Source of the DNA: an uncultured bacterium
GTDB taxonomy: Bacteria; Actinomycetota; Acidimicrobiia; Spongiisociales; UBA5794
Direction: 5' to 3'
NCBI GenBank assembly: GCA_963801165.1
Contig: CAWDDT010000005.1
Coordinates: forward strand, 160,001-224,000
DNA length: 64,000 nt
Both the position numbers and the translations under genes were made by a program. Under the pieces are notes generated by a model. It saw only the letters and a program-made list of their open reading frames with translations, had not been told where the DNA came from and searched no databases. The first letter of the stretch is position 1. Every line of letters starts with the position of its first letter. This document shows positions 30,724 to 44,501 of this stretch, in pieces.

Positions 30724-31656
30724 GTGCAAGCATTGGGCTTCATAGTCATAGCGTTCATCGCCGTCATCTTCGCCTATGTGGTACTGGGGCTGAAGATCGT
30801 GCGCCAGTATGAGCAAGGGCTCGTGGAACGCTTTGGCAAATACACCAAGACACTCGATCCGGGACTCCAGCTGATCGTCCCGTTCATCGAGCGGATCCGG
30901 CGGGTCGACATGCGTGAGATCGTGGTCGACGTGCCCCCGCAAGAGGTCATCACCAAGGACAACGTGGTCGTAACGGTCGATGCCGTCGTCTACTACCAGG
31001 CAACCGACCCGGTCAAGCTCGTGTACAACGTGCAGAACTTCGTACTGGCAGCGACGAAGCTGGCGCAGACAAACCTGCGTAACGTCGTCGGCGATCTCGA
31101 CCTGGACGATGCTCTCACCTCCCGTGAGCGCATCAACGCCCAACTCCGTGAGATCCTCGATGAGGCAACCGACGTCTGGGGAACCAAGGTGGTACGGGTC
31201 GAAATCCAGCGGATCGATCCGCCGGCGGACGTCACCCAGGCCATGCACCGCCAGATGAAGGCGGAGCGTGACCGGCGTGCCATCGTCACCGAGGCCGAAG
31301 GCGACAAGCGGTCGAAGATCCTCCAGGCAGAGGGCGTCAAGGCGTCTCGGATCCTCGAGGCAGAGGGTCAGGCCGAAGCTATCAAGCAGGTCGCCGAGGC
31401 GGAGAAGTTCCAGAAGCTCACCGTTGCCGAGGGTGAAGGCCAGGCAATCGAGCGGGTCTTCCTCGCCATCCACAACGGGAACCCGACGGACGATCTCATC
31501 GCCATCCGCTACCTGGATGCCCTCCAGGGTGTCGCCAACGGGACAGCGACGAAGATCTTCCTGCCCGTCGAGCTGAGCGGTATCCTTGGTTCCATAGGTG
31601 CCATCAGCGAGATGTTCAAAGACGGTAACTCACCGCAACAGCAACGGCAGATGTGA
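30724..31656 (+). CDS. SPFH/band 7 (stomatin-like) protein
   Basis: [39 protein letters not shown]. Confidence 0.95.
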   Translation: MQALGFIVIAFIAVIFAYVVLGLKIVRQYEQGLVERFGKYTKTLDPGLQLIVPFIERIRRVDMREIVVDVPPQEVITKDNVVVTVDAVVYYQATDPVKLVYNVQNFVLAATKLAQTNLRNVVGDLDLDDALTSRERINAQLREILDEATDVWGTKVVRVEIQRIDPPADVTQAMHRQMKAERDRRAIVTEAEGDKRSKILQAEGVKASRILEAEGQAEAIKQVAEAEKFQKLTVAEGEGQAIERVFLAIHNGNPTDDLIAIRYLDALQGVANGTATKIFLPVELSGILGSIGAISEMFKDGNSPQQQRQM

Positions 31657-31673
31657 CCGACAACCGACCAACA

Positions 31674-31699
31674 AGGAGCGGCGCTTCGGCGCCGCTCCT
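31674..31699. terminator. hairpin between convergent SPFH and lgt genes
   Basis: Perfect 11-bp stem AGGAGCGGCGC-TTCG-GCGCCGCTCCT. Confidence 0.75.
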
Positions 31700-31708
31700 G
31701 CGCGTTCG

Positions 31709-32596
31709 CTACTGTGCGTCGACGATCTCAGAGTCGTCGGCCTGATCCCCGAACTCATCGGCGTCCCCGAACTCATCGGCGTCGTCAGGATCGTCCTGAT
31801 CGTATGTCACCCCACGCTTCTGGGCGATAACGAACAGGACCACACCGGCGATGATCGCCGCCACCGATATCCAGCCGTTGCGGGACACCCCGAGGAGACG
31901 GAAAGTAGTGTCCGTCCGGAGAAGCTCTGTGAGGAGCCGGATGAGCCCGTAGACGATCATGTACACGGGAAACCGGGCGCCCCTCGCCAGCTTGTTCCTG
32001 CGTTCCAGAAACAGGATGACGGGTACGGTGATCAGGAAGTTCCACAGCGCCTCGTATAGGAACGTCGGGTGGAACGTCGAGTAGTCGACATACTGAGGGG
32101 GACGATACGCCCGGTCGATCTCTACGGCCCAGGGCAGCGTCGACGGCGTGCCGAATAACTCCTGGTTGAAGTAGTTGCCAAACCGGCCGATGGCCTGCGC
32201 CAGCGGGAGGCCCACGGCAACGGCGTCGGTGAACATGACGAAGTCGCCACCGTGTTTGCGCAGCATGTAGATCGCGGTAATCGCTCCCGCGGTCAGGCCC
32301 CCATAGAGGGCAAGCCCACCCTCCCAAATGAAGAAGACGCCGTACCACCGGTCGGAGTAGCGGCTGAAATGGGTGATCAGATATCCCGTCCGGGCACCGG
32401 CAAACCCGATGATCACCGTCCACATGATCACCGAATCGAGAATCGACGCATCTCCGCCGAAACGGGCGTAACGGCGGGTGGTGACGATGGCGGCGACCAC
32501 AACACCGAGACCGATGAGGATCCCGTAGAAGTGGATCGTCAAGGGACCGATCTCGATTACGTTCGTCCCCGGGGACGGAAATGAGGCGATGAGCAC
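31709..32596 (-). CDS. lgt: prolipoprotein diacylglyceryl transferase
   Basis: IHFYG, IWEGGL, AQAIGRFGNYFNQELFG, HPTFLYE. Confidence 0.96.
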   Translation of the reverse strand: MLIASFPSPGTNVIEIGPLTIHFYGILIGLGVVVAAIVTTRRYARFGGDASILDSVIMWTVIIGFAGARTGYLITHFSRYSDRWYGVFFIWEGGLALYGGLTAGAITAIYMLRKHGGDFVMFTDAVAVGLPLAQAIGRFGNYFNQELFGTPSTLPWAVEIDRAYRPPQYVDYSTFHPTFLYEALWNFLITVPVILFLERRNKLARGARFPVYMIVYGLIRLLTELLRTDTTFRLLGVSRNGWISVAAIIAGVVLFVIAQKRGVTYDQDDPDDADEFGDADEFGDQADDSEIVDAQ

Positions 32597-32669
32597 GACG
32601 GCATCCTACCGACCGTATCCCTCTACTTTCTCGCCCGGAGACGGCACACGCCGCTTGCCCATAGGACGA

Positions 32670-33923
32670 CTACACACCTATGGCGTCATCTGCTCCGGCA
32701 CCCGGCAGGGAACGAACGGTGTGGGCCAGCTGCCATCCCCACCACATGACCAGCAGCAGCATCGGGAAGCCGGGAGACCAACCGATTGGACGAATCAGCG
32801 TCTGGCTTGCACCGAGGACCCAGACAACGACGACCCACGGCAGCCATCGACCCCGGTCCCAAACACTGGCCGCCACCCCGGCCGTGACCACGACAGCGGC
32901 ACCGTCGTGGGACATGGCATGCAGCGAGAGAAGCAACAGCCCCGGCATCGTCACAGCGAGTAGACGGTCGAGGTCGCCTCCCGGCGACCGCAACCACATC
33001 CATGCCAGCAGCAAGGCGGTCGCGCCCGCCAGCATCCACGCCACAACAACCGCGGGCGAGTGCCCGACACCGAACAGGTTCTCTGCGAACCCGATGAAGG
33101 AGATAGCGGAGTGACCGTTTATCTGGGCGTCGGTGCGGCCAAAGCGTGCCGCAACATCGAGCCACTCGCCTACCCAACCCAAGCCGCGGAGTGCGACACC
33201 CCACAGATAGAAGACAACCGCTCCGCCGACCGCCCCGGCGACCACCCGCCAGTACCTGCCCAACAAGAACAGCCCGACTAAAGGAACCGCAAACTGCGGC
33301 TTGTAGAGCAGGCCCGCCAGGGCCAGCCCGGCGACCAGTTGCTTGTCCTCGTACACGAGGCGCCACGCCGCAACGACCAGAAACACGGTCAACGCGGTGT
33401 TCGAGCCGCCGGTAGTGGTCCGAAACATCGGCCAAAACGTGAGGGCGGCGGCCATGCCAAGCGCGAGCCGTCCTTGCAGCCAGGACAGCATCGGGCGAGC
33501 CAGAAGGAGCGAGGCCAGCAGTAGGAGAACCATGAGTGCGGTGTGTACGAGATAAGAGGGCAGGTAGCTCAGTCCGGCCAATGGCTCGTAGACGAAGGCG
33601 ACCTGTGGCGGATATGCAAAGAACCGTGCATCCGACGAACCCGCATCGCCTCCAAGCCCGCGCTGGGCGTCTATCTGCCGCCCGAGGTCGTAGAGCTGGT
33701 CCCAATCGCCGGACGCCGCAATGGAACCAGCGCCATAGAACGCCGGGTAGTCGCCTCCATATGTGTCGCCCCGGCGCTCTGCACCGATAGCACCAAGAAC
33801 TACACCAAGGATGATCGCAGCGACAACAGCAGTCGAATAGAGCCTGATTCTCGCGTCCCCGCTAGAAGCACCGTCACCGGGCTTGGCGTTGGAAGTGAGT
33901 GCGGTGCGCAAGCGCCTTGCCAT
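32670..33923 (-). CDS. GT87/DUF2029 family membrane glycosyltransferase
   Basis: GGDYPAFY, FAYPP, LLYKPQ, many TM. Confidence 0.82.
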   Translation of the reverse strand: MARRLRTALTSNAKPGDGASSGDARIRLYSTAVVAAIILGVVLGAIGAERRGDTYGGDYPAFYGAGSIAASGDWDQLYDLGRQIDAQRGLGGDAGSSDARFFAYPPQVAFVYEPLAGLSYLPSYLVHTALMVLLLLASLLLARPMLSWLQGRLALGMAAALTFWPMFRTTTGGSNTALTVFLVVAAWRLVYEDKQLVAGLALAGLLYKPQFAVPLVGLFLLGRYWRVVAGAVGGAVVFYLWGVALRGLGWVGEWLDVAARFGRTDAQINGHSAISFIGFAENLFGVGHSPAVVVAWMLAGATALLLAWMWLRSPGGDLDRLLAVTMPGLLLLSLHAMSHDGAAVVVTAGVAASVWDRGRWLPWVVVVWVLGASQTLIRPIGWSPGFPMLLLVMWWGWQLAHTVRSLPGAGADDAIGV

Positions 33924-34027
33924 ACCTCGAGAATCCGATCGTGCCGCTAGTGCAAGCAGACCCGGATGATCCGGATCGCCTGTCACGTATCGGATGATAC
34001 GCAGGCGTCTTTAGGCAGGCCCGGTTC

Positions 34028-34378
34028 TCAAGAGGTCGAGCCCTCAGAGAACTCCTCGTAGGCATCCCACGCATGCGAGGCGTATATCGAGGCGGGCCCG
34101 CCGCCCATCTGGATCGCGACGCCGATCGCCTCGGCCATCTCCTCGGCCGTCGCTCCCTTGCGGACCGCGCTACGGACATGCGAAGCGATACAGCCGTCAC
34201 AACATTCACGAACCGCGATCGATACCGCCATGAGCTCCTTGACCTTCGCCGGGAGCGCCCCATCGCCGTAGGCCGAGCGATAGACGGTGGCAAAACCCTC
34301 GTAGACGCCGGGAATCTTCGCCTTGACCCCGGCGGTTCCGGCGTTGAGTGACTTCAGAATATCCTTGTATTTACCCAT
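34028..34378 (-). CDS. carboxymuconolactone decarboxylase/AhpD-like protein
   Basis: KELMAVSIAVRECCDGCIASH, MGGGPA. Confidence 0.9.
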   Translation of the reverse strand: MGKYKDILKSLNAGTAGVKAKIPGVYEGFATVYRSAYGDGALPAKVKELMAVSIAVRECCDGCIASHVRSAVRKGATAEEMAEAIGVAIQMGGGPASIYASHAWDAYEEFSEGSTS

Positions 34379-34467
34379 CTCAACTCCTACGGATTCACAA
34401 GCGTGCATACATGGGCACATGTTACGGATGATTAGCCTGACAGCTAATTCGAACACCGGAGGTTGAT

Positions 34468-35625
34468 GTGGATCTCAAGCAGACGGCTACCGAACGATTC
34501 AACTCAGTCGAGTCGGAGCTGATCGGCATCTCGCACTGGATGTACGAGAACCCGGAGATCGCCTTCGAGGAATTCAACACATCGGCCCGCCTCGTCGACT
34601 TCCTGCGTGGCAATGGTTTCGAGGTGGAGTACCCGTCGTTTGGTCTCGACACCGCCTTTGCGGCCCGCGCCGGACACGAAGGGCCGGAGGTTGTCATTTG
34701 CGCCGAGTACGACGCCCTGCCCGAGGTGGGTCACGCCTGTGGCCACAACATCATCGCCACCGCAGCGCTGGGTGCGGGCGTCGCAGTGGTGGACGCTGCC
34801 AAACAGCTCGGGTTCCGGGTCCGGGTGCAGGGAACACCGGCCGAGGAGGCATATGGGGGCAAGATCGATCTCATCAACAACGGTGCTTTTGAAGGTGCGG
34901 CCCTCTCGATGATGATTCACCCGTCGCCATCGGACGTGGCCGACCCCAACTTCCTGGGAGTCGCCCACATCGAAGTCGAGTTCACCGGCAAGGAATCACA
35001 CGCCGCGTTTGCCCCGCAGCTCGGCATCAACGCCCTCGATGCGGCGGTGCAGGCTTATGTCAACATCTCAATGCTCCGCCAGGCGTTGTACCCGACGGAC
35101 AAGGTCCACGGCGTAATCGACTACGGCGGTGCCGTCCCCAACGTCATCCCGGCACGGACCCAGATGTCATGGTACGTGCGGGCCGCTACCAAGGACCGGC
35201 TCGCCGAGCTCTACGACAAGGTCGTTGCCTGCTTTGCCGCCGCCGCCGGGGCCACAGGTTGCGGCTATGAGGTCAGAAAGCGTGGCCACACGTATACGGA
35301 TCTCGTTTCGGACCCGTTGCTGGTAGGCCTGTTCATCGGCAATGCCGGGGCGCTCGGTCGCAAGATGGGGAGGGGCGCAGACGACGACCCGGGAGCGGCC
35401 GGCTCGACCGACATGGGCAACGTGAGCCATGAGGTACCGGCGATACATCCGATGATCGGGATCGAACCAGGGCCGTGGGTCAATCATCAGAAGGAGTTCG
35501 CCGCAGCGACTATCACCGGGCCAGGCGAGGCGGCCATCCGCGATGGTGCGCTGGCGATGGCCCACACCGTTATCGACATCGCCGCCGGCAACCGCTGGGG
35601 TGAGCTGCGCAAGATTGCTCGATGA
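34468..35625 (+). CDS. M20 family amidohydrolase
   Basis: NPEIAFEE, EYDALP..GHACGHNII, GTPAEE, GSTDMGNVS. Confidence 0.93.
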   Translation: MDLKQTATERFNSVESELIGISHWMYENPEIAFEEFNTSARLVDFLRGNGFEVEYPSFGLDTAFAARAGHEGPEVVICAEYDALPEVGHACGHNIIATAALGAGVAVVDAAKQLGFRVRVQGTPAEEAYGGKIDLINNGAFEGAALSMMIHPSPSDVADPNFLGVAHIEVEFTGKESHAAFAPQLGINALDAAVQAYVNISMLRQALYPTDKVHGVIDYGGAVPNVIPARTQMSWYVRAATKDRLAELYDKVVACFAAAAGATGCGYEVRKRGHTYTDLVSDPLLVGLFIGNAGALGRKMGRGADDDPGAAGSTDMGNVSHEVPAIHPMIGIEPGPWVNHQKEFAAATITGPGEAAIRDGALAMAHTVIDIAAGNRWGELRKIAR

Positions 35626-35643
35626 TCGCGCTTCGGTAAAGGG

Positions 35644-36123
35644 GTGGGGTTGGCGACCAAGACCAATGCACTGAGGGTGCTCGACCAGGCGGGGATCGAG
35701 CACGAGGTGCGCGAGTACTCGCTTGCGATGGAGGAGTTCACCGCCGAGCGCGTGGCCGGGTTGCTCGGGATGCCCCCCGATCAGGTGTTCAAGACGCTGA
35801 TCGCGGTCGGAGACAAGAACGGGCCGTGCTTTGCGGTTATCCCGGCAAACGCCGAGCTCGACCTCAAGGCATTGGCGTCGGCGCACGGCGAGAGGAGCAT
35901 CAGGCTCGCCTCCTTGAAAGAGGTGCTACCCCTGACCGGGTACGAGCGAGGTGCGGTCACCGCTATCGCCGCCAGGAAGCCTTTTCCCGTCTATCTCGAC
36001 GAGGTGGCCGATCTGTTCGACCGGCTTGCCGTCTCGGCCGGCGCTCGCGGTCTTCAGGTGATCCTGGCCACTACTGATTACGTCTCAATCACCCATGCAA
36101 CCATCGCGCCGATCGGGGTGTGA
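35644..36123 (+). CDS. ybaK: YbaK/EbsC aminoacyl-tRNA deacylase
   Basis: KTNALRVLD, QVFKTL, LDLKALA, TGYERG, VSAGARG. Confidence 0.88.
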   Translation: MGLATKTNALRVLDQAGIEHEVREYSLAMEEFTAERVAGLLGMPPDQVFKTLIAVGDKNGPCFAVIPANAELDLKALASAHGERSIRLASLKEVLPLTGYERGAVTAIAARKPFPVYLDEVADLFDRLAVSAGARGLQVILATTDYVSITHATIAPIGV

Positions 36124-36127
36124 GGGG

Positions 36128-36652
36128 TTAGATGCCTTGAGCGTGGAAGAAGACCCTGCGGTCGCGAGCCTGGTCGAGCTCACCGAATAGCACCCGCTGC
36201 CATTGACCGAGCAGAACCTCACCGTCCACCACCGGGATCGTCACCGACGGTTGTCCGACCAGCATGTGCCTGCAGTGGGCGTGCCCGTTGAGGAACTCAT
36301 CCTCCTGCAGGTTCTCTGTGCGGACCGAATGGTCGTCGTGCTCGTAGTAGACGTCTTCGGGCACCAGACTGCTGATGAGCCTACGGAAGTCGTTGAGAAA
36401 CCCGGTCTCCGATTCGTTGACGACGACCGTTGTCGTCGTATGCGGGCTGTATACCGTTACCTGGCCGTGCCGCACGCCGGATCGAGCAACGACGTCACGG
36501 GCTAGATCGGTGAGATCCCAGAACTCGTTTGGCCCCGTCGAGGTGAAATGCAGAGCCTCGGTCCGGATGGCCGGCTCTTCCGATTCAGCAAGCACGGTCA
36601 GAGAACCCGTCGGTTTCCGGGTTGCCTGACGTAGTGGACTTTGTTCCTTCAA
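36128..36652 (-). CDS. YjbQ/UPF0047 family protein
   Basis: HTTTTVVVNE, YEHDD, NGHAHC, LGQWQRVLFGELD. Confidence 0.9.
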   Translation of the reverse strand: MKEQSPLRQATRKPTGSLTVLAESEEPAIRTEALHFTSTGPNEFWDLTDLARDVVARSGVRHGQVTVYSPHTTTTVVVNESETGFLNDFRRLISSLVPEDVYYEHDDHSVRTENLQEDEFLNGHAHCRHMLVGQPSVTIPVVDGEVLLGQWQRVLFGELDQARDRRVFFHAQGI

Positions 36653-36816
36653 AGGCGATCCGCTCCCAGATTCATGAGCGCCTGAACCATACTCGGCGTG
36701 CGAGCCTAATGGATGCAGCCTACTAGCCGCTAGTCATACCGGCCATAATGACACGTCGACCGGGCGCGTGCCATCACCGCAACCACCCCGGAACGGCCGT
36801 GCAGCGGGCTAAATCC

Positions 36817-37419
36817 CTAGGTCCCGGCACCCAAACCCGACCGCAGGAACCCGGTTCGGGCGGCTATGACGGCAGCGGCGTTCTCCCGTCCTCGCTCGGC
36901 AAGCTCGTCGATGCCTCCGACAACGAGGTCACCGATCATGATCCCGAGCGAGATCGGATCGACCCCATGAAGACGTCCGCCGGCAACGACCTCGGCGCAG
37001 AGCAACATGATCTCTTCCCGGATCGCGTGCAAGACCGACCAAACCGCATCTCGCTCCGGCTTGGGCAGCTCGCGACTCACCTTGAATAGGAGCACCGTCT
37101 CTACGGGATACTCGTCCACGAACAGAAGCGAACGTCGCACCATCTCGACGAGACGGTCAATCGGGTTCTCGGGGAGATCGGCGACAACACGCTCGGCGAT
37201 ACGTGGGAGCCGACCGTAGATCAGGTCCGCGAGCACTGCCTCCTTGTTCGGGAAGTACTCATATACCGTCGTCCTGGCAATCCCTGCCTCGTCGGCAAGG
37301 ACACCGATCGAGGTTCCGGCTAGGCCTAGTTCGACGAACGATGCCGCACCCGCTTCCAGTAGAGCGGTGCGCGTTTTTTCCTTGTGCTCGTCGATAGTGG
37401 CCGCATTGATCTTCGGCAT
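36817..37419 (-). CDS. TetR family regulator
   Basis: MPKINAATIDEH..; LADEAGIARTTVYEYFPNKE HTH. Confidence 0.9.
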   Translation of the reverse strand: MPKINAATIDEHKEKTRTALLEAGAASFVELGLAGTSIGVLADEAGIARTTVYEYFPNKEAVLADLIYGRLPRIAERVVADLPENPIDRLVEMVRRSLLFVDEYPVETVLLFKVSRELPKPERDAVWSVLHAIREEIMLLCAEVVAGGRLHGVDPISLGIMIGDLVVGGIDELAERGRENAAAVIAARTGFLRSGLGAGT

Positions 37420-37530
37420 GTTGCCGGGATTGTATCTACAAACACTCATTCCAGTTTCTCGGCTAACCCGTAGTCGATCGCGACGGCCGAATACCACCTG
37501 CCAAGGGCCACTTCCGGCGATACGGTGTGA

Positions 37531-40141
<2,611 letters not shown>

Positions 40142-40145
<4 letters not shown>

Positions 40146-41470
40146 TTCTCCGCTACACCCTCCCCGAAATGGCTCGCATCTGGAGCGAGGAGCACAAGCT
40201 CGAGTTGTGGAAAGAGATGGAGACCCTGGTTGTGGAAGCGTGGGTAGATCAGGGGGTTGCCCCGGCAGCCGCCGCCGGCGCCCTCCGGGCCGCCCCCGAG
40301 GTCGACGCAGAGGAATGGCGAGAGCGTGAGCGGGTAACCAACCACGACGTCGCTGCCTTTGTCGACGTGCTGGCCGAATCGGCGGGCGAGGGCGGGGAAT
40401 GGGTGCACTACGGCCTCACCTCTTCAGATGTGCTCGACACCGCCCTTGGGGCCATTCTCAAAGAGGCGGCCACCCTGCTGCAGAAACGGCTCGACGATCT
40501 GTTCATCGTCGTCAAGGCGAAGGCGTTCGAACATCGCGACACCGCAATGATCGGCCGAACGCACGGGATCTGGGCGGAACCGACGACCTTTGGTCTCAAG
40601 CTGGCGACCTGGGCTCTCGAGATCGACCGGGATCGCATTCGGCTGGCCGCAGCGAAGAGGTCGGTTGCGGTAGGCAAGATCTCCGGTGCCGTCGGCACGT
40701 ACGCACATACACCACCAGCCATCGAAGAGTACGTGTGTGGGCGCATGGGAATCGAGATCGAACCCGCCTCGTCGCAGATCACCCACCGGGACCGGCACGC
40801 CGAGTTCCTTTCCGTGCTGGCGCTTGTCGGCGCATCGCTGGAGCGCTTTGCGACCGAGATTCGCCATCTGCAACGGTCCGAGGTCGGTGAGGCCCGCGAG
40901 TCGTTCGGCGCCGGGCAAAAGGGCTCATCGGCGATGCCGCACAAGCGGAACCCGATCGCCTCGGAGAACGTGACCGGTCTCGCCCGCCTGCTCCGCGGCT
41001 ATGCCTCGGTAGGGCTGGAGAATGTGGCTCTCTGGCACGAGCGCGATATCTCCCATTCGTCTGCGGAACGAGTGGCCTTGCCCGATGCCTGTCTCATACT
41101 CGACTTCGCCCTGGTACGGATGACCAGGCTGATCGACAACCTCGTCGTCAACCAGGACCGCATGCTGCAGAACCTCGAGTCGACCCGGGGTCTCGTGTTC
41201 TCCCAGGCGGTGCTGCTGGCACTCATCGAGGAGCAGGGCCTGGCCAGGGACGAGGCCTACCGGATCGTGCAGCGCAACGCCATGCGCGCCTGGGACGAGG
41301 GTCTGCCGCTGCGGCAGCTACTCGCCGAGGACGTCGCCGCCGCCCTGCACCCGGACGTGCTCGACCGTTGCTTCAGCACCGACTACTTCCTGCGCAACAG
41401 CGGCGTCGTCTTCGACCGCTTGGCGAAGATCCCCGCTTCCGGCGTAGATCATGCCGGGATACCGGCATGA
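40142..41470 (+). CDS. purB: adenylosuccinate lyase
   Basis: HYGLTSSD, GRTHG, GSSAMPHKRNP, LWHERDISHSS. Confidence 0.98.
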
Positions 41471-41487
41471 TCTACGCACGAACGGGA

Positions 41488-43155
41488 TTAGTAGTCGATC
41501 AGGACGAGCAGCTCCACCAGCTGTGCGGTGCCGTCGCTCTCGCTGCCCACCCCGAGACCACGGACGGGGGCAACCACCGCGGCTTCTTCCCGGGTCATTG
41601 GAACGAGGTCGACGATCCCGGCGATATCGACGTAGCCAACAAGACCGTCACCAATCACGGCTCCGTCAAGCTCCTGGTAGAGGTCGGAGGAGAGCAAGCC
41701 ACCTTGGGCGCCTGAAACGACGCTCGAAACGATGTCGTGTCCCGTACCGACCACGAGCAGGTCGGGCCCAACCGAATAGCTGATGATCTCCTGGCCGGTG
41801 TCGGAGACGGTGGTCACGTTTCCGTCCTGCTCGAGATCGACACCCGACTGGCGCATCATCTCCTCGAGATTGGCGATCAGGTCGGTAACCGGGCCGCTGT
41901 CGAGAAGGCCGATCGCACCGACGATGCCCACCGGCACGTCTGACTCGCTGGCGATGAGGCCGTCCCTTGTCTCTGTAGCAGCAACGGTCAGATCACCGGA
42001 CATCGATTGCAGCAGAGCGGCAACATCAACGCCCGTCTCGTAGTAGAGCTGGTCGAAGAGGTCGCTGAGGTCTCCCAGCGCCGACTCATCGATGGCGCCG
42101 TCGGACGAATCGGAGCCGGCAATCGACAAGAACCCGAGAGTGTCCCCAGGCAGGGCGGCGACGACATCACGGTCCGGCGAGATCGACGTCGGCGTCTGAT
42201 CGTTGCCGGTCACCACGTAGCTGAACAGCATTCCCTCGTCGACGAGTGTCACCGAAGCTCCCATACTGACGAGGAGATCAGCGGGCGTACTCGACTCACC
42301 CATCGATGCAGCCTCGGCCATGCCTAGGAAATCGGCAAAGGCGCTTTTGCCCATGTAGAACGACACCATGCGGTCGTTGGGAAGCCGGCTCATGACATCG
42401 GTGAAACTGGCATCGTCGGCGATCGAAAGACCGGCGTCGTTGGCGGCAATCGCATCGGCTACGTCTTGTTCGACACCCACCAGCAGTGTGTCGTCGGTGA
42501 GGACGAGGCCGATGGAGATCTCGTCGAGGTCGTCATGCCACGCGTAGCCGGGCAAGCCACCGATGGTGGTCGCGGTTGGCTTGACGTCGCTTCCCGCCAT
42601 CGCATCCAGTGCCTTTGCGACAAACGCCGCTGCGGCATCATGATTACGAACATCGGCGCTCAACAGGAACGAGAGCCCGTCGACCTCGAACGTCGCCGGG
42701 TCGAGCTCGGGCACAGAAGCGGCAATCGAGACGGACCTGCCGATCCAGGGGAGGATGTCACCCGACAGGGTGATGTCGCCTTCTTCCGCCATGGCCGTGT
42801 CTATGGCGGCGACGAGGTCTTCCGGATAGTCGTCGATGATCCCGGCGTCGACCATGGGGACCGCAAAGGCGTCGACAAAGGATTGGAGCCGGGCGCTGTC
42901 GCTGAGCGCAAGCGCGTCGAATGTCACCACGAAGTCCATGTCGGCGGGCACGGAGTGTGCTGAGGCGAACGGATCGCCGGTGCGGTTGCGCCAGACGACC
43001 GTTCCGGCGATGGCGGCTGCGATCAACGCAAATACGACAATTCCTGCGACTATCGAGGACCGGATTGTTCGCTGGCTGGGCTCGATCGGATCCATCAGCC
43101 CGTCGCCGTCACCGGTGACAGGAGCTACCCAGCCGCGTTCGTCATAACTGCTCAT
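41488..43155 (-). CDS. membrane-anchored protein, DUF3352-like
   Basis: TM, DILPWIGR, SIADDASF..VMSRLP. Confidence 0.65.
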   Translation of the reverse strand: MSSYDERGWVAPVTGDGDGLMDPIEPSQRTIRSSIVAGIVVFALIAAAIAGTVVWRNRTGDPFASAHSVPADMDFVVTFDALALSDSARLQSFVDAFAVPMVDAGIIDDYPEDLVAAIDTAMAEEGDITLSGDILPWIGRSVSIAASVPELDPATFEVDGLSFLLSADVRNHDAAAAFVAKALDAMAGSDVKPTATTIGGLPGYAWHDDLDEISIGLVLTDDTLLVGVEQDVADAIAANDAGLSIADDASFTDVMSRLPNDRMVSFYMGKSAFADFLGMAEAASMGESSTPADLLVSMGASVTLVDEGMLFSYVVTGNDQTPTSISPDRDVVAALPGDTLGFLSIAGSDSSDGAIDESALGDLSDLFDQLYYETGVDVAALLQSMSGDLTVAATETRDGLIASESDVPVGIVGAIGLLDSGPVTDLIANLEEMMRQSGVDLEQDGNVTTVSDTGQEIISYSVGPDLLVVGTGHDIVSSVVSGAQGGLLSSDLYQELDGAVIGDGLVGYVDIAGIVDLVPMTREEAAVVAPVRGLGVGSESDGTAQLVELLVLIDY

Positions 43156-43256
43156 TTACTCCCCCTTTTTGGGACACTGGCCATGACCAGTGTCTCATGG
43201 CGTCTGGAAGGTGTACATAGGGCACGTGGCCCACGGTTCAGGACGGTTGGCCCGAC

Positions 43257-44501
43257 CTACATTCCGCCACGCAGCGCTTCGACCGGCTCGAGAGTGCTGG
43301 CCCGCCACGACGGGTAGAGACCGGCGACGAGACCGACGACGGCACCTGCGAGGGGGGCGAGCAACGGGACCTGGACGTCGAGCACCGGGGTCCACTGCTT
43401 GTTGGCGGACACCGCGACGATGACGAGCACGCCCGCCGACGCGCCGATGATGCCACCGATGAATCCCATTGCCGCCGATTCAACGAGGAATTGCGAGGCG
43501 ATGTGGCGCCGTGCCGCCCCCACCGCCCGGCGTAGCCCTATCTCGCCCACCCGTTCCAGCACCGAAACCAGAGTCACGTTGGCGATACCGATAGCACCGA
43601 CGAGCAACGACACTCCGCCGAGCACCAGAAAGAGGGTGTTGACGTCCGACTCGACACCGGAGCGGACCGCACGGGGCTCGGGCGGGACCTGGACCCGCAG
43701 CAGAGACGGGTCGTTGGGGTTGAGTGCGATCGGAGCCTGGTCGCCAATGAGGTAGGCGGCGCCAATCTCGGTGCGGATGTGAACCTCGGCGGGCGCACCG
43801 GTCCCAAACAGGCTCCTGGCGGTGCCGTTGGGGACGATGATGGCATCGAGAAGCGACGGCTCGGTGGCAACATCCTCGATGATGCCGATCACCGCGAGTG
43901 TCGTGTCACCGACGAATATCGCCGGCTGCTGGTCCACCCGGTTTATGTTCAGCCGGGCCGCCGCCCCCGGGCCGAGCACGGCAACCGGATCGCCCCTCTC
44001 GTCATGACCGATGTCGAAGAACCGCCCGGTCCGCAGCTCGGATATGACCGCATCGAACAGCCCGGGCGACGCGGCCAGTACATCCATGGCGAACTCGCTC
44101 TGACCTAGCGGGTCGTTGATCGGGACCGAACTGACCAGTTGGCCGCCCGTGTCGACAAGGCTCAGCGTTCCGGCGGCAACGACGCCGTTGAGTCGCGTCA
44201 AGCGGTCCTCGGCATCCCACGGAATCGCGGATACGTCGTTGAGACCCGGCGATCTGAAGAAGCTGTCGGTGCGGTTGCTCACCGTGATCGACGTTGCGGC
44301 GAGAGCATCAAAACGAGTCACGATCTGGTTGCCCGCTGTCTTGGCGAGGCCGAGCGTCGCCACCAGTGCCGCCACGCCGAGCACGGTCCCGAGGATGGTG
44401 AGCACGGTGCGTCCCGGCCGGGCGAGCATCCCCGCCACCGCTTCGGTCACGAGATCGCGAAACGACAACCGGGACCTGATGATGCGACGGCGGTCGCTCA
44501 T
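43257..44501 (-). CDS. MacB/FtsX-type ABC permease
   Basis: GAIGIANVTLVSVLERVGEIGLRRAVGA, YPSWRA..EPVEALR. Confidence 0.93.
   Translation of the reverse strand: MSDRRRIIRSRLSFRDLVTEAVAGMLARPGRTVLTILGTVLGVAALVATLGLAKTAGNQIVTRFDALAATSITVSNRTDSFFRSPGLNDVSAIPWDAEDRLTRLNGVVAAGTLSLVDTGGQLVSSVPINDPLGQSEFAMDVLAASPGLFDAVISELRTGRFFDIGHDERGDPVAVLGPGAAARLNINRVDQQPAIFVGDTTLAVIGIIEDVATEPSLLDAIIVPNGTARSLFGTGAPAEVHIRTEIGAAYLIGDQAPIALNPNDPSLLRVQVPPEPRAVRSGVESDVNTLFLVLGGVSLLVGAIGIANVTLVSVLERVGEIGLRRAVGAARRHIASQFLVESAAMGFIGGIIGASAGVLVIVAVSANKQWTPVLDVQVPLLAPLAGAVVGLVAGLYPSWRASTLEPVEALRGGM

Noticed and set aside
31747-31783. 18-bp duplication in the 3' end of lgt
   Set aside because: Encodes a low-complexity acidic tail (DADEFG twice), which is common in actinobacterial Lgt
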